64,000 bases of DNA from Neoechinorhynchus agilis (Eukaryota > Animalia > Acanthocephala). Of the stretch, positions 51,434 to 63,792 are shown one piece after another (position 1 is the stretch's first letter; every line of letters begins with the position of its first letter). Under the pieces are notes generated by a model. That model made no database searches. It saw only the letters and a program-made list of their open reading frames with translations, and was not told the origin of the DNA. The position numbers and the translations under genes are program-made. The stretch lies in assembly GCA_051530055.1 (NCBI GenBank), contig CM121341.1:5000784-5064783 (forward strand). Reading direction: 5' to 3'.

Positions 51434-51675
51434 CTCTGCAAATGGTCTCAAATCAGCGAATTTAGTTTAATTGGCCGTCCACAACAAAACTTTGACAATT
51501 AATAAATGGTGTATTCGTGTCAATTGTTACCAACTAATGAATGCTACGTGATGCCGAGGCACGTCCGCAGGTCCAATCGCTTCGCCGACTTAATGTTTTC
51601 TTGGTTAAACGAACCAAATTGGGATCGGAGGTACCTTCAAAAGGACGCATCTGGTCGAGATTTGCTTTTAAGTTC

Positions 51676-54292
51676 CTTTGCCGGCTTCAAGACTGGTTTT
51701 AAAGCCGAAGACGACGACGATCTTTTGATCCATCCGAAACTTGGATTCCGTCCTAATTGCAAAAAATCTAAAATTTTGAACCTCTTCAATGTGATATTTT
51801 AAGAACTTTATGAACTTAAAATACATAAGAGATTCTCAAATGGAACCAAACTTTGCGGGCTTCAAGGCTGGTTTTAAAGCCGAAGACGACGACGATCTTT
51901 TAATCCATCCGAAACTTGATTTTTGTGCCAATTGCAAAAAATCTAAAATTTTGAACCTCTTCAATGTGATTTTTTAAGAACTTTATGAACTTAAAATACA
52001 TAAGAGATTCTCAAATGGAACCAAACTTTGCTGGCTTCAAGACTGGTTTAAAGCCGAAGACGACGACGATCTTTTAATCCATCCGAAACTTGATTTTTGT
52101 GCCAATTGCAAAAAACTAAAATTTTGAACCTCTTCAATGTGATTTTTTAAGAACTTTATGAACTTAAAATACATAAGAGATTCTCAAATGGAACCAAACT
52201 TTGCTGGCTTCAAGACTGGTTTTAAAGCCGAAGACGACGACGATCTTTTAATCCATCCGAAACTTGATTTCTGTGCCAATTGCAAAAAATCTAAAATTTT
52301 GAACCTCTTCAATGTGATTTTTTAAGAACTTTATGAACTTAAAATACATAAGAGATTCTCAAATGGAACCAAACTTTGCCGGCTTCAAGACTGGTTTTAA
52401 AGCCGAAGACGACGACGATCTTTTAATCCATCCGAAACTTGATTTTTGTGCCAATTGCAAAAAATCTAAAATTTTGAACCTCTTCAATGTGATTTTTTAA
52501 GAACTTTATGAACTTAAAATACATAAGAGATTCTCAAATGGAACCAAACTTTGCTGGCTTCAAGACTGGTTTTAAAGCCGAAGACGACGACGATCTTTTA
52601 ATCCATCCGAAACTTGATTTCTGTGCCAATTGCAAAAAATCTAAAATTTTGAACCTCTTCAATGTGATTTTTTAAGAACTTTATGAACTTAAAATACATA
52701 AGAGATTCTCAAATGGAACCAAACTTTGCTGGCTTCAAGACTGGTTTTAAAGCCGAAGACGACGACGATCTTTTAATCCATCCGAAACTTGATTTCTGTG
52801 CCAATTGCAAAAAATCTAAAATTTTGAACCTCTTCAATGTGATTTTTTAAGAACTTTATGAACTTAAAATACATAAGAGATTCTCAAATGGAACCAAACT
52901 TTGCTGGCTTCAAGACTGGTTTTAAAGCCGAAGACGACGACGATCTTAATCCATCCGAAACTTGATTTCTGTGCCAATTGCAAAAAATCTAAAATTTTGA
53001 ACCTCTTCAATGTGATTTTTTAAGAACTTTATGAACTTAAAATACATAAGAGATTCTCAAATGGAACCAAACTTTGCTGGCTTCAAGACTGGTTTTAAAG
53101 CCGAAGACGACGACGATCTTTTAATCCATCCGAAACTTGATTTTTGTGCCAATTGCAAAAAATCTAAAATTTTGAACCTCTTCAATGTGATTTTTTAAGA
53201 ACTTTATGAACTTAAAATACATAAGAGATTCTCAAATGGAACCAAACTTTGCTGGCTTCAAGACTGGTTTTAAAGCCGAAGACGACGACGATCTTTTAAT
53301 CCATCCGAAACTTGATTTTTGTGCCAATTGCAAAAAATCTAAAATTTTGAACCTCTTCAATGTGATTTTTTAAGAACTTTATGAACTTAAAATACATAAG
53401 AGATTCTCAAATGGAACCAAACTTTGCTGGCTTCAAGACTGGTTTTAAAGCCGAAGACGACGACGATCTTTTAATCCATCCGAAACTTGATTTTTGTGCC
53501 AATTGCAAAAAATCTAAAATTTTGAACCTCTTCAATGTGATTTTTTAAGAACTTTATGAACTTAAAATACATAAGAGATTCTCAAATGGAACCAAACTTT
53601 GCGGGCTTCAAGGCTGGTTTTAAAGCCGAAGACGACGACGATCTTTTAATCCATCCGAAACTTGGATTCCGTCCTAATTGCAGAAAATCTAAAATTTTGA
53701 ACCTCTTCAATGCGATTTTTTAAGAACTTTATGAACATAAAATACATAAGAGATTCTCAAATGGAACCAAACTTTGCTGGCTTCAAGACTGGTTTTAAAG
53801 CCGAAGACGACGACGATCTTTTAATCCATCCGAAACTTGATTTTTGTGCCAATTGCAAAAAATCTAAAATTTTGAACCTCAATGCGATTTTTTAAGAACT
53901 TTATGAACTTAAAATACATAAGAGATTCTCAAATGGAACCAAACTTTGCTGGCTTCAAGACTGGTTTTAAAGCCGAAGACAACGACGATCTTTTAATCAA
54001 TCCGAAACTTGATTTTTGTGCCAATTGCAAAAAATCTAAAATTTTGGACCTCTTCAATGTGATATTTTAAGAACTTTATGAACTTAAAATACATAAGAGA
54101 TTCTCAAATGGAACCAAACTTTGCTGGCTTCAAGACTGGTTTTAAAGCCGAAGACGACGACGATCTTTTAATCCATCCGAAACTTGATTTTTGTGCCAAT
54201 TGCAAAAAATCTAAAATTTTGAACCTCTTCAATGTGATTTTTTAAGAACTTTATGAACTTAAAATACATAAGAGATTCTCAAATGGAACCAA
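51676..54292. repeat. Tandem array, 175-bp unit, ~15 copies
   Basis: ctttgc at 51676, 51851, 52026, 52199 and 52374 onward; lies between the NIPBL start and the 54381 ORF. Confidence 0.97.
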
Positions 54293-54380
54293 AGACCCCA
54301 AATCGCACTTGCCAAACTACGATCTATTAACGAAAAGAAAATCTAACTAAGTCTTAATTGTAACTGCTATCGATATTGTA

Positions 54381-54761
54381 TTATTCCCCTTCATCAGACG
54401 ATTGATCGGGAGTGCGGAAACCTGAGGAGATGGAATCGTTAAATCGTGTGATCCTTCGGTCCCACCTCCGTCTCATTGGCTCGCCAAGGAAATAAGATCG
54501 ACGCAAACGAGCGGGTAAGCTCCTACCGCGACTCCTTTGTGGAAGTGGCAATCCAGCGTAACTTTCGCGAGACTCTTCATTGGTTCTATTGATTTCCTCG
54601 TGGTATGATTGTGTCGAATCGCTGCTTATAAATAGCCGATAATGGAAATCTGCGAGCAAATCGAATTCATCCAAGTCACGAATTAGGTGAGAATTCGTCG
54701 TGGGTTCCATTGTCGAATTTGATATGTATCTCCATACGTAACTATTATCCCATTGAGCCAT
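54381..54761 (-). CDS. Hypothetical protein, 126 aa
   Basis: ATG ORF, GC-richer than its flanks, with an Arg-rich C-terminus; no family recognised. Confidence 0.5.
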   Translation of the reverse strand: MAQWDNSYVWRYISNSTMEPTTNSHLIRDLDEFDLLADFHYRLFISSDSTQSYHEEINRTNEESRESYAGLPLPQRSRGRSLPARLRRSYFLGEPMRRRWDRRITRFNDSISSGFRTPDQSSDEGE

Positions 54762-55142
54762 GATCGATAACTAACGGACCTCATTGAACAATAGATACCT
54801 AAATCTTTAATTTGTTTCCCAACAAATATTGTTTTGAGTATATTCGAAAATATTGAACTTAAATTTCGGTTGAACAACTTGTTGTCGAAAAGTCCGAGGT
54901 TAACAGGTACTTTTAAGATGTAGGCTCTAAAAATCGTTAGAACATTGAATACTAAAGAACGTTTTCTGAACGCAAATCCAAACTGCATTGTTTTGCAGTT
55001 CTTCAAAATCAATGTTGATGACCAATCGAAAGTGCGATTCGAGCAAAATATCAACAGTCATTAGGAATTTGGGTCCTTGTAATAAAAAATTTTTTAAAAC
55101 AAATTATGAAAATCGAAACGAAAATGACGGTTCAATCATTCT

Positions 55143-55405
55143 AAAATACAAGAAGATGAATGATTTTATTCGTCGGTTTCGGCCATTTTTTCATTTCAGC
55201 GTTGATACTCACAAGCGTTGTTTCCTTTGAACGAATCGAGATGGCATGAATAGAAATAAAAACAGAATGGTCGAGGGCGATGATATTTGATTTGCTGGAT
55301 ACCAAATGTCGTTAGAAAGAAATTACTACAAAAACAATCAATACCGTAAAGTTTTTGTATGGATTTCAAAAACTCCTTTTCGTCCAATTCTGCAACTGTC
55401 GTCAT
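55143..55405 (-). CDS. Probable small multi-exon gene, structure unresolved
   Basis: ATG at 55405 (MTTVAELDEKEFLKSIQKLY), downstream gtattg...atccag and gtgagt...tttag intron-like segments, and a CCAAT motif beside the ATG. Confidence 0.35.
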
Positions 55406-55836
55406 GATTGGCCGCGCTGATTCGCTGCATCAGGTTCCAATTTACTTAGATTTTCGCTTTAAATCTCTTCGTCTAAATGTCTTCGGTCGTTGATTTAAAG
55501 GAGGGCATTCTAAATGGAGATTTTTTGAATTTAAACGATAAACGTGAAAGTTTGGGGCGAATTTTATAAATGGCCCAAAATCGGATGTCCAATTGCGTAT
55601 TGAATTTATTACACACTTTATCGAAAAAACTTAGCTAATTTTTTTTGCATGAAAGAGACAAATTTTTATCGTAAAAAGTTGGCATTTTTACACATTTTCA
55701 GCGCCCAAGACGTTCAACTCTTATTTCCGTTCATCTTTAGCACATTCAGAATATCTAAGGTTTGTTTTACCAAGATTTGTGCTGCGCTTTCGGCTTCCTC
55801 CTCTTGTTGTTTCTTAGAGATCTAAAATCAGCACAA

Positions 55837-56551
55837 TCAACAAAAACATTTTACATTGGCTCTACAAACCATTGAATTGCTTTTAATAATTTGTTTCTTA
55901 AAATCTTCAAGGACTGTTTTGTACCTCTCATCGTCCTCGAATGCGATTCCTCGCTTTTTTATCGCCATCACAGTAGCGTACATGAGTGTCCGTTCATTGC
56001 TGATTCTAGTGCTTACTCGGAAAACGCCAGGACTGTTCGTGTCATATCGGCCGATCTCAAGCAGATTTCCGAGCAGAATTCGATTTCTCAGTCTCGATAC
56101 TTCTTTAGTTGGCATTTCCATCGTTAAGTTCGATATTTGTAATCTCGAGCTCAAGTCACAGAAGACGCTTTTAAGAAGAGAGTATCCGTGGCGGCGGTTC
56201 CGTCGGTTTGGTGTTATATAGATTTGACTTTTTAAGCCGTACGGGAAACTTTTTCTTAGAATTACGAAAAACTCACCCTATCCTTGGTTTTATGCGATCC
56301 GGGAAACCATAGAAGAGATAGGCGGTTAAAATTCCAATCGGTACATAAACGCCTTGTTGACCATTGTCCAGTTTCATGAGTTCAAACAACACGTAGACTA
56401 TCCATTTACGATCATGTAAATCAATCCGCCTAGCTCCTTCAATTTCAAAAGGCAAAATATGTTCAATGTTTGAATGGACTTGTTTGGCAAATCCTTCTAA
56501 TTCGTCCGCACGGAACCATTGAAGCAAATATTCTACGCCTATTTTAAACAA
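55837..56551 (-). CDS. Hypothetical two-exon gene
   Basis: Two adjacent ORFs (92 and 105 aa) with globular composition and a G|gtgagt donor after KPRI; no family recognised. Confidence 0.5.
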
Positions 56552-56829
56552 TCAATCCATGTGGATTGATAGAAATGTGGGTGTTTTTTTTCTGTTGGCG
56601 TGTAAAAATTAAATTGTTTCCAAAAAATAAACAATTTACAACCGACCAAGTACAGCGCCGAATATTAGCCGATTACGAAGGTCGCTGAAAAAAAAAGAAA
56701 GATTGGCCAGCGTGGAATCGAAGATGGTGCTCTAAAAGCAATAGTGAACGCAGTAGAAGTTCAAGAGATGATGCCTCCGATAAAGGATTTGCTTCCTCGT
56801 CTTACGCAAATTCCAAAGAATTGTATTGA

Positions 56830-56995
56830 TTGGTCGAATAGCGTCTAATTTTGGTTGTATCTTTAATGCTCAAAATGAAATCTGGCGGGCAATCCATTAT
56901 TTAGAGAAGGCGTCTCAACTTGATCCACACTTTCTTGATGCTTTCCTCAATCTTGGAAACTTGTTGGCTCGGCAAACTCGCCTGGATCATGGCCG
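56830..56995 (+). pseudogene. OGT: Isolated O-GlcNAc transferase TPR fragment
   Basis: [41 protein letters not shown] versus OGT [41 protein letters not shown]; frameshifted upstream, unrelated sequence and a stop downstream. Confidence 0.8.
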
Positions 56996-57204
56996 AAATG
57001 ACGACATCACACTTCATTATGGTGTCGAGCCGGTCATCCACAAACTCAGAGAAACATTCGAATGAAGGTAGTCTGGAAGTCGAGGTAAAAGGCAGACGAG
57101 CCTGAGAGATCGACCAAAACAACGCTGGCTCGATACCATTCGAAGCGATCCTCGAACGACTCGACTTAATCCGGACAAAGCCAGGATCAAATAAAATGGA
57201 GGAC

Positions 57205-57535
57205 AGAAAAGAAGAAGAAGAAGAAGAAGAAGAAGAAGAAGAAGAAGAAGAAGAAGAAGAAGAAGAAGAAGAAGAAGAAGAAGAAGAAGAAGAAGAAGAA
57301 GAAGAAGAAGAAGAAGAAGAAGAAGAAGAAGAAGAAGAAGAAGAAGAAGAAGAAGAAGAAGAAAGAAGAAGAAGAAGAAGAAGAAGAAGAAGAAGAAAAG
57401 GAGGAGGAGAAAAAGAAGAAGAGAGAGAAGAAGGAGGAGAAGGAGGAGAAAAAGAAGAAGGAGGAGAAGGAGGAGAAAAAGAAGAAGGAGGAGAAGGAGG
57501 AGAAAAAGAAGAAGAAAAAGAAAGGAGGAGGAGAA
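57205..57535. repeat. (GAA)51 microsatellite plus a compound GAA/GGA tract; ~330 bp of pure purine
   Basis: gaa repeats at 57211-57363, a one-base slip, ~11 more copies, then three ~27-bp ggaggagaa units. Confidence 0.98.
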
Positions 57536-57652
57536 TGAGGAGAATGAACTGTTCATGTATTTTCCTCGGCAAACAACCTTGATAAATTCGCTTATTTAAA
57601 ATAATTTCAATTTCTTCGTGCCAGAAAACAATTTTGCTGAAAGCAATCGGAA

Positions 57653-58240
57653 TTAAATTCTTTTAATTTTTATAACGCCAACAGAAAGAGAGGATAAATG
57701 TATGAAAGGTTGAAGAAGACACTGACCGTCGTTATGAACATAATGAACCTTATTAGTCTCCTTGGCACAATTCCATTTTAATTTCAGATCATTTCGAAGC
57801 CATTCACGAAACTCTTGTTCAGATTCTGTACATCGATTCGGGAGATGTGCTCTCAATACCTTTTTTACGTCGATGGGCTATAAATCAAATGAGGTTATTT
57901 CGATACTTGACAATATATTAAAAATCAATATGCCTGTTTTCTATAAGGGCCATAAATCATCCTTTTTTTATATGAAATCTTCAAAAGACAATTATAAGAC
58001 AGACCTGAGAAAATAAGATCGACTTTCAGGTCTTCGTATCCGTATATCGTTTCTCTGTAATAGATCATCTTGTAAACAATTTATTAGAAAAAGAATGTCT
58101 AACTCATCGCCAAAAACATGAAAAAGATACTTGAGACTGTATTTGGGTCTATTTGCATCATCTTCTAAATCATTTTCAGTGTAAACTAGAAACGATTTGT
58201 AGCCATTGCTCATTATGAACAAAAAAACTTCTCGTACCAA
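57653..58240 (-). CDS. Hypothetical interrupted gene or pseudogene
   Basis: Two ORFs (82 and 67 aa) with protein-like composition; junction not resolved. Confidence 0.3.
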
Positions 58241-58560
58241 TTGACATTGTGATTAGGTCGTCAACTTTTACAGGAAAAGCGCTCACTGGCAATGAAAACG
58301 TTGGAAACATCTAAAACGTCGTTATTGCTCGAAATATAGCTTAAACCGAGGTTTTTAAGGTAAAACTTTTTAATGCTAAAGAAAATTTAAGCGACAAAAA
58401 AATTGTAATTGCAGCTTCAATTAGCGATGTTTGATTATTGTTTGTACGTTTAAAATTTTCAATATAAATCTATTGTCAAACATCGCTAATTGAAAATGAA
58501 ACGTATAATTTCTTTACAAAAATTGTAATAATTCGTGAATTCTTCCGTGCATACAGAAAA

Positions 58561-58654
58561 TGACGTCAGTTTTGTATCTTTTTTTCGTTAACTGACGTCA
58601 CTGCTAAGGAAAAGATTTGAGGTCATTTCGTCTAAGAGTAATCGCGTGACGTCA
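58561..58654. promoter_or_regulatory. Cluster of three perfect TGACGTCA (CRE/ATF) palindromes
   Basis: At 58561, 58593 and 58647. Confidence 0.55.
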
Positions 58655-59059
58655 TCACTTTTGTTTCTTAGATGAGGGTCGTAAAGCGGCGAACGCGGAA
58701 TCGTAAATGCAAAAAAAATCGTTGCTAGTTTTCCGGTTTGGTACATTTTGGTGATGATGTAATCGTTCGATTTTTACAAACGGATTTTCGGAAAAAAAAA
58801 CCGAAACGTCGACAATTTCTTATAAAAGTTTAATTTTAATGAAAGCGACAAAGCGCCCATGGAGATTATCAAAAATAATGTTTCACATATTTAAAAACTT
58901 ACAAACAAAATGGTACAAGCTCATAAAATCAGTTTGAAAGTTGATCAATCGATTCTATTTCCAATCGATTTATCTTATGATATCAATGAACGAAGATATT
59001 TGTAGCTTCTATTACTAACATTTTTGTATTTCAATATGGAAAAACTTACAAGCAATCGG

Positions 59060-60765
59060 CATGTCAACGATTCCACCGCCGTCACCTCGCTCCACTCGGG
59101 AACTTGACCATCTCACAAAACCAAGATCCGCCCGCGCTCGACGCTGCTGACGACGGCGAAAGGCCAACGATGCCCGAGGTCCGGTGGTCTCAACACTTAC
59201 GAAAGGGGAGGAATTTCGGACTCACGGCCCAAGGGATTCTTGATGCGTTGGTTCCGGCCTTCTGCCAGCAAACTCTACTCCTCAGCTCACTGAACCTCGT
59301 CACAACATCCAAAACATCCTACGTTGCACCCCTTCGTTGCTGGAGATCGTGCGCTGCCCAGAAACATCCTGAAGCGGACCCCGAAAGGCGCTCGATTTCA
59401 GGTAGCGAAGAGGTATTCAGCTGAGCGACTGTCTCGAGACGAATACCGAAATATCTACGCCTTTTTGCATTCCCGAGACTTTTGTGCTGGAGTTCCATCT
59501 GAGGTGTCCCTTGTTACCCTCATCAAAAGCCGGGTGTCCTCCTTCGACAATTCGTTTCCGGTGGTCTCAACACTTACGAAAGGGGAGGAATTTCGGACTC
59601 ACGGCCCAAGGGATTCTTGATGCGTTGGTTCCGGCCTTCTGCCAGCAAACTCTACTCCTCAGCTCACTGAACCTCGTCACAACATCCAAAACATCCTACG
59701 TTGCACCCCTTCGTTGCTGGAGATCGTGCGCTGCCCAGAAACATCCTGAAGCGGACCCCGAAAGGCGCTCGATTTCAGGTAGCGAAGAGGTATTCAGCTG
59801 AGCGACTGTCTCGAGACGAATACCGAAATATCTACGCCTTTTTGAATTCCCGAGACTTTTGTGCTGGAGTTCCATCTGAGGTGTCCCTTGTTACCCTCAT
59901 CAAAAGCCGGGTGTCCTCCTTCGACAATTCGTTTGGAGATGTCCTACGCAAAGCTCGCGTTTTTAGGGGAGATTTTTCAAAGCCACTGACCCGTTCAATG
60001 ACCCAGAGAATGCCTTCTAAATTCGCCGATGGCGAGGCGCGATTCGCATTCTATCGTCCACCAACGAATTCGCAAGAGATGATACGAAAACCCTCCAACT
60101 TCTCAGAGAGAAACATCATCGACCCACTGGTTACCTAGAATATTCGGAGATTATCCCCTCGTACACCCCCGTCCGAGTTTTCGGTTGATGTAGTCAGTAA
60201 AGCCGTTTCTTCGTTCGCAAATGGGTCAGCCGATGGGCTTCGGCCTCAGCACCCAAAGGACATGATGTCCTTCTCCGTAGGTGATCCATCCAATGTTCTC
60301 CTGAACGCCTTGACTCGCTTAGTCGGCGTTTTCTCAAGAAACAACCTGTCCCCTGGCGCTTTCCTCTGCGCTTTAGAAAAGAAGGACGGTGGGATTCATC
60401 CCATCGCGATTGGTTTTACATTAAGACGACTAACAGGGAAAGTGATTTCTAGGCGAGTCTCAGGTGTTGCTGAAATTCTTCGTAGGTTGCTGCACACCTC
60501 GCGGGGAGGAAGCCATAGTCCCATCCTAAACAACTCTGGAGTCTTTTGGACAAGAAAATAACTACTTAGATTGATAATTGCAATCAAGGTGAAGATCATC
60601 GTCATCTTCCTGAAGGAAATTCTTTTCTGACGTGTCCCTTGTTACCCTCATCAAAAGCCGGATGTCCTCCTTCGACAATTCGTTTCCGGTGGTCTCAACA
60701 CTTACGAAAGGGGAGGAATTTGGGACTCACGGCCCAAGGGATTCTTGATGTGTTGGTTCCGGCCC
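59060..60765 (+). mobile_element. Degenerate, rearranged CRE-clade non-LTR retrotransposon (ORF N-terminus plus start of RT)
   Basis: ILKRTPKGAR, KFADGE, SFANGSADGLRPQHPKD and GAFLCALEKKDGGIHPIAIGFTLRRL; stops and frameshifts; internal 377-bp tandem duplication. Confidence 0.85.
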
Positions 60766-61077
60766 ACCGCCCTACATTGGTCGAAACGGAGATTTATTAA
60801 GCAGTATTTTAGGCCATCATCATCTTTAGCAATAACGACACTTCGATTTCTTGTTTGATTTAGGAACCTTTTTGTTTCCATTGTTTTTGCTCTTAGAATT
60901 CAAAGCGCACTGTTTGTTGCATAGATCAGTTGATTGGCGGATATTAAGTCCCTGTCTTCTCTTTTCCCCGACGCACTCAATTTCACATTTTAGTCCAGTG
61001 GAAACGGAATGCTGTTGTTCCTTTTTCGAGAATGATAGAGTCAATCCAAGCACTAAAGTAAATCTTAATAATCGATC

Positions 61078-62432
61078 ATCAATAGAAAATCCTTAGGAAG
61101 AGTTGGTTTCATCCGAATAAAAAAATATTGATATCTATCGAAAGAGGAAACCTCTCCTAAAAACATCTCCAACTTTATCATCCCGAAGGATTTTCTCTTG
61201 ATGATTTCTTAAATTGACTATCAATAGAAAATCCTTAAGAAGAGTTGGTTCCAGCCGAATAAAAAATATTAAGATCTATCGAAAGAGAAAACCTCTCCTA
61301 AAAACATCTTCAACTTTATCTTCCCGAAGGATTTTCTCTTAATGATTTCTTCTATTGATTATCAATAGAAAATCCTTAAGAAGAGTTGGTTCCAGCCGAA
61401 TAAAAAAATATTAAGATCTATCGAAAGAGAAAACCTCTCCTAAAAACATCTTTAACTTTATCTTCCCGAAGGATTTTCTCTTAATGATTTCTTCTATTGA
61501 TTATCAATAGAAAATCCTTAAGAAGAGTTGGTTCCAGCCGAATAAAAAAATATTAAGATCTATCGAAAGAGGAAACCCCTCCTAAAAACATCTTCAACTT
61601 TATAATCCTGAAGTATTTTCTCTTGATGATTTCTTCTATTGATCATCAATAGAAAATGCTTAGGAAGAGTTGGTTTCATCCGAATGAAAAAAATATTGAT
61701 ATCTATCGAAAGAGGAAACCTCTCCTAAAAACATCTTCAACTTTATCATCCCGAAGGATTTTCTCTTGATGATTTCTTCTATTGATTATCAATAGAAAAT
61801 CCTTAAGAAGAGTTGGTTCCAGCCGAATAAAAAAATATTGAGATCTTTCGAAAGAGGAAACCCCTCCTAAAAACATCTTCAACTTTATCCTCCCGAAGGA
61901 TTTTCTCTTAATGATTTCTTCTATTGATTATCAATAGAAAATCCTTAGGAAGAGTTGGTTTCAGCCGAATAAAAAAATATTGAGATCTATCGAAAGAGAA
62001 AACCTCCCCTAAAAACATCTTCAACTTTATCATCCTGAAGGATTTTCTCTTGATGATTTCTTCTATTGATTATCAATAGAAAATCCTTAGGAAGAGTTGG
62101 TTCCAGCCGAATAAAAAAATATTGAGATCTTTCGAAAGAGGAAACCCCTCCTAAAAACATCTCCAACTTTATAATCCTGAAGGATTTTCTCTTGATGATT
62201 TATTCTATTGATTATCAAAAGAAAATCCTTAGGAAGAGTTGGTATCAGCCGAATAAACAAATATTGAGATCTTTCGAAAGAGGAAACCCCTATTAAAATC
62301 ATCTTCAACTTTATAATCCTGAAGGATTTTCTCTTGATGATTTCTTCTATTAATTATCAATAGAAAATCCTTTGGAAGAGTTGGTTTCAGCCGAATAAAA
62401 AATATTAAGATCTATCGAAAGAGGAAACCTCA
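61078..62432. repeat. Tandem array, 142-bp unit, ~9.5 copies
   Basis: aatagaaaatcctta at 61081, 61223, 61364, 61506, 61648, 61791, 61933, 62075, 62217 and 62359. Confidence 0.97.
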
Positions 62433-62599
62433 TCAGTGATCAATGCTTAAAGGAGGATAATCGATTAAGCAACTTAACATTTCCCTTTTTTTCTATTAAA
62501 CTTACTTTTCATACCAATTAAAAAATCTATTTTTATTTCCCTATTGTTTTATAGAAAATTTTCCTTTTTTGAAATATTTTAATATTTTTTATCCGGCTA

Positions 62600-62870
62600 A
62601 GGATTATGATCACCAAATCTCCATAATAATTGATTTACCTTTAAAAGCTTACCTAAAAGGACAAACAAACAGAGGGTATTCATCGTTTACGTGAAGATGT
62701 AAGCAATGCTTTAGTGCCGAATATGCGGTAAAAGACTTGTCGTATGGAATTTATGATCCTTCTGCTGACAGTTTCGCATAAAATGATTTCGGCACGTCGC
62801 TAGTAGAACCCATAATTCGTTTGTTGTCTTTACATTATGGCAGACGTGGTTTGGGAAGATAATATTCAAT
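62600..62870 (+). pseudogene. Possible CACTA/CMC-type transposase relic
   Basis: One frame with stops reads IIIDLPLKAYLKGQTNRGYSSFT*RCKQC...SADSF...LSLHYGRRGLG, resembling the CDxPAKAFxKxxxGHxGYxSCxxC...LDYMHxxxLG pattern. Confidence 0.4.
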
Positions 62871-63675
62871 GATAATTTTAAAACTACTTTTGAAATATCT
62901 GATAACGACGGTGATCGTAATTATCATCATGTGATCGCTGATGGATCCATCGATCTAGATCGATTTCGCTCGATTGTGCAATACTTTTAAATGAACCTGC
63001 CATTCAAATGTGATTTTTGTTTAAAGAAAATGCCCGGACTCTTATTTACACAAAATACTAAGAGCATCGCATTTTAAAAAATTGTTTTGTCGATACTTCT
63101 ATCATGAAAGGAAAAAAGGCGAAAAGTAAGGCAAAAATTGAAAAAAATCCCATGGACTATTTTTTTCTTTTGCGAACAAAGAAGTTTATAAATTTCTTGA
63201 GAGTTAATCTTCGTGAGTAAATTTGTATAAATTCTTACAATGATCGTGAAAGTACAAAACCAGTATAAATAATAAAAAATCTACTCTCTAAACACAGAAA
63301 AATTTCATTCCATAGAAAAAAGACCTTAAAGAACAATAAAAAAATGAACTCTATTAAAACTTCGGTAAATAACGTCTCAATATTTTTTCCCTTTTGTACT
63401 AAATACAAATGCTTAACGCTTTACGATTGTGATTTTTATTAAAAAAAATGCCCGATATCGTTTAGAGATGGCGATGAAACTCGAAGTTTATCAGTAAGTT
63501 AAAAGGAATCGCTTATCGCAAGGAGATGAAAGACGGGCGAATCGGTGATCGTCGATCGCCGCTGGTCTATTCAGTCGAAGGCACACTTTTTTCCAGGAAA
63601 AGGGAAGATTACTCGGTGCTTTGAATGGAAATGTGAAGCGATAAAAGTGAAAACTTGAGATTTATTCTGTGTTGT

Positions 63676-63792
63676 TGTAGTTGGCATCAGTAGATCGAAA
63701 AATCTACTTTCGCCGCACAGAAATTGGTTTTTATTCAACATAACACCGAAAACGTTAACATGAACCTTGTGGCGTCGTTAATGGTCACTACA
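63676..63792 (-). mobile_element. Putative 3' LTR (117 bp) of a Ty3/gypsy element
   Basis: Bounded by TGTAG...CTACA inverted ends, has an internal AATAAA, and follows the polypurine tract GAGGGGG (63802-63796). Confidence 0.7.

Noticed and set aside
51506-51802. 98-aa + strand ORF
   Set aside because: It runs into the 175-bp array and lies in the NIPBL upstream region; no homology recognised.
54900-55405. SRP14 identity for the small gene
   Set aside because: The N-terminus and SVFISI resemble SRP14, but no in-frame GT-AG path joined the pieces.
55837-56551. RhoGAP identity
   Set aside because: The GVFRVS and GILTAYL..FP lookalike motifs are in reverse order.
56901-57582. Poly-Ser, poly-Leu and poly-Glu ORFs
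   Set aside because: Products of the GAA microsatellite; no evidence of coding.
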